DNA of 64,000 nt, taken from positions 24,412 to 88,411 of the forward strand of contig CAXTYC010000021.1 of assembly GCA_964248365.1 (NCBI GenBank), in the 5' to 3' direction. Below, one piece after another: positions 62,595-64,000 of the stretch (its first letter is position 1; every line of letters starts with the position of its first letter). Source of the stretch: an uncultured Chroococcidiopsis sp. (GTDB taxonomy: Bacteria; Cyanobacteriota; Cyanobacteriia; Cyanobacteriales; Chroococcidiopsidaceae). Position numbers and translations under genes: made by a program. The notes beneath the pieces were generated by a model. That model ran no database searches, was not told the origin of the DNA, and saw nothing but the letters and a program-made list of their open reading frames with translations.

Positions 62595-62650
62595 AAGCTT
62601 TGGTAAGGTGGGCAATGCCCACCTTACGTATTAACATTAATCACAATTAA

Positions 62651-62840
62651 TAAATAAATCAAGTTTATGCAGCCAAGCCAAGCGAGGGTAATGTGGGCAA
62701 TGCCCTACAATTAACTAGTGTTTCATTTGATAAATAAATCAAGTTTATGCAACCAAACCAAACGAGGGTAAGGTGGGCATGGGTGGCAACAATTAATATT
62801 AATCATAATTGATAAAATCAAGTTTATGCAACCAAGCCAA
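62651..62840 (+). repeat. Three copies of the MFS gene start (AAATCAAGTTTATGCA(A/G)CCAA(A/G)CCAA) separated by REP-like remnants
   Basis: Copies near 62656, 62736 and 62815, about 80 bp apart. Confidence 0.75.
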
Positions 62841-63959
62841 GACAATAATCAACAGAATAACCAACAGCAACTTTATCGAGATAGAAATCTTCAACTGATT
62901 TTTGCAATTTCGCTGATGGCGGTTCTGGGAGTTGCTACTGTGACTCCGGCTTTTCCTCAGTTAGCTGAAGCTTTAGAAGTACCTGCGAGAAATCTTGGTT
63001 TGCTTGTCACGGCTTTTACATTTCCCACTGTTATTTTAGGTCCCATTATTGGGATAGTTGCAGATCGATTTGGTAGAAAGAAAATAGTTGTTCCCTCTTT
63101 ATTTATATTTGGAATTGCAGGCACAGCTTGTGCCTTTGTGCGTGATTTTAATCTTTTAATTTTGTTGCGTTTCTTGCAAGGAATTGGTGCTGCTTCTTTA
63201 CTTTCTCTTAGCACAACACTAATTGGAGATTTGTATACAGAAAGGCGGCGTACTACAGCGATGGGCTACAACGCCAGTGTTACTAGTATCGGCACAGCAT
63301 TTTATCCCACAATTGGCGGTGCATTGGCAACGCTCGGCTGGTATTATCCGTTTATGCTGCCGTTGGTAGCTATTCCTATAGGTTTGCTGGTGTTGTTTTT
63401 CCTCAAAAATCCCGAACCCAAAGGCGATCGCAATCTAAAAGCCTATTTACAAAATGCCTTAAAAGTGCTAATAAATCGCCAGATTGTAGGACTTTTCATT
63501 GCCAGTGGTGCTAATTTTATTCTCTTGTATGGAGCGCACGTAACTTATTTACCAATTCTACTGAAAAATTCATTTCAAGTCTCACCTTTTACCATTGGAT
63601 TGTTTCTTTCTAGTGTTTCTGTAGCGATTACACTGGCATCTTCACAGTTAGGAAGACTAGCAAGACGTTTTTCTGAAACGGTTTTGATTAGAGCATCTTT
63701 TGTTTTCTATGCTGTAGCCTTATTAATTATTCCATTTATCCGCAATCTATCGCTAATATTAATTCCTACTACGCTTATAGGTGTTGGTCTTGGTATTGGT
63801 TTTCCTAGTATTCAGACTCTTTTAGCAGCGTTAGCACCAAAAGAATATTTAGCAACAGTTATATCTGTAAATGGCACATTCTTTGGCTTAGGACAAACAC
63901 TGGGACCGCTGCTAATGGGATTAGCCTATGGTATTGGTGGGATAAATACAGCGGATTGA
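62826..63959 (+). CDS. MFS transporter (possibly truncated at the C-terminus)
   Basis: GIVADRFGRKK motif A, LRFLQGIG; ends abruptly at ...GGINTAD. Confidence 0.85.
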   Translation: MQPSQDNNQQNNQQQLYRDRNLQLIFAISLMAVLGVATVTPAFPQLAEALEVPARNLGLLVTAFTFPTVILGPIIGIVADRFGRKKIVVPSLFIFGIAGTACAFVRDFNLLILLRFLQGIGAASLLSLSTTLIGDLYTERRRTTAMGYNASVTSIGTAFYPTIGGALATLGWYYPFMLPLVAIPIGLLVLFFLKNPEPKGDRNLKAYLQNALKVLINRQIVGLFIASGANFILLYGAHVTYLPILLKNSFQVSPFTIGLFLSSVSVAITLASSQLGRLARRFSETVLIRASFVFYAVALLIIPFIRNLSLILIPTTLIGVGLGIGFPSIQTLLAALAPKEYLATVISVNGTFFGLGQTLGPLLMGLAYGIGGINTAD

Positions 63960-64000
63960 AGGTTTATGAGGTACAGTAACAACAGTTTGTAAACCAGTTT

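Noticed and set aside
1..64000. High frequency of GCGATCGC and heptamer tandem repeats
   Set aside because: Known cyanobacterial HIP1 and STRR elements; informative for taxonomy but not novel.

Overview
Cyanobacterial chromosomal window: many HIP1 GCGATCGC octamers, heptamer STRR-type tandem repeats, and psbU, btpA, sasA and ycf34. Most of it is ordinary housekeeping and signalling genes (uppP, nadB, rimO, DEAD-box helicase, infC, ilvN, tsaB, thrC, an RND pump, two-component genes, tRNA-Gly(CCC), a probable 6S RNA). The standout region is 36.9-40.0 kb. A Ro60/TROVE (Rsr-like) gene on the minus strand is flanked by six co-oriented tRNA-like ncRNA units, five upstream and one downstream. Each has an 8-bp acceptor stem and a canonical T-arm, and four encode a 3' ACCA. 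In place of the anticodon arm each carries a conserved long stem capped by a Y-RNA-like Ro-binding motif (C(U/A)-type CUUG/CUAG...GGACGAAG, degenerate in one unit). They look like circularly permuted YrlA-type Y RNAs with a free acceptor end. A seventh, stand-alone copy of the hairpin overlaps the translation-initiation region of the Ro gene, suggesting autoregulation. The array is interleaved with REP-like hairpins and lies just downstream of a co-oriented tRNA nucleotidyltransferase gene. All calls are by eye; no database search or folding program was run, so novelty is unverified.
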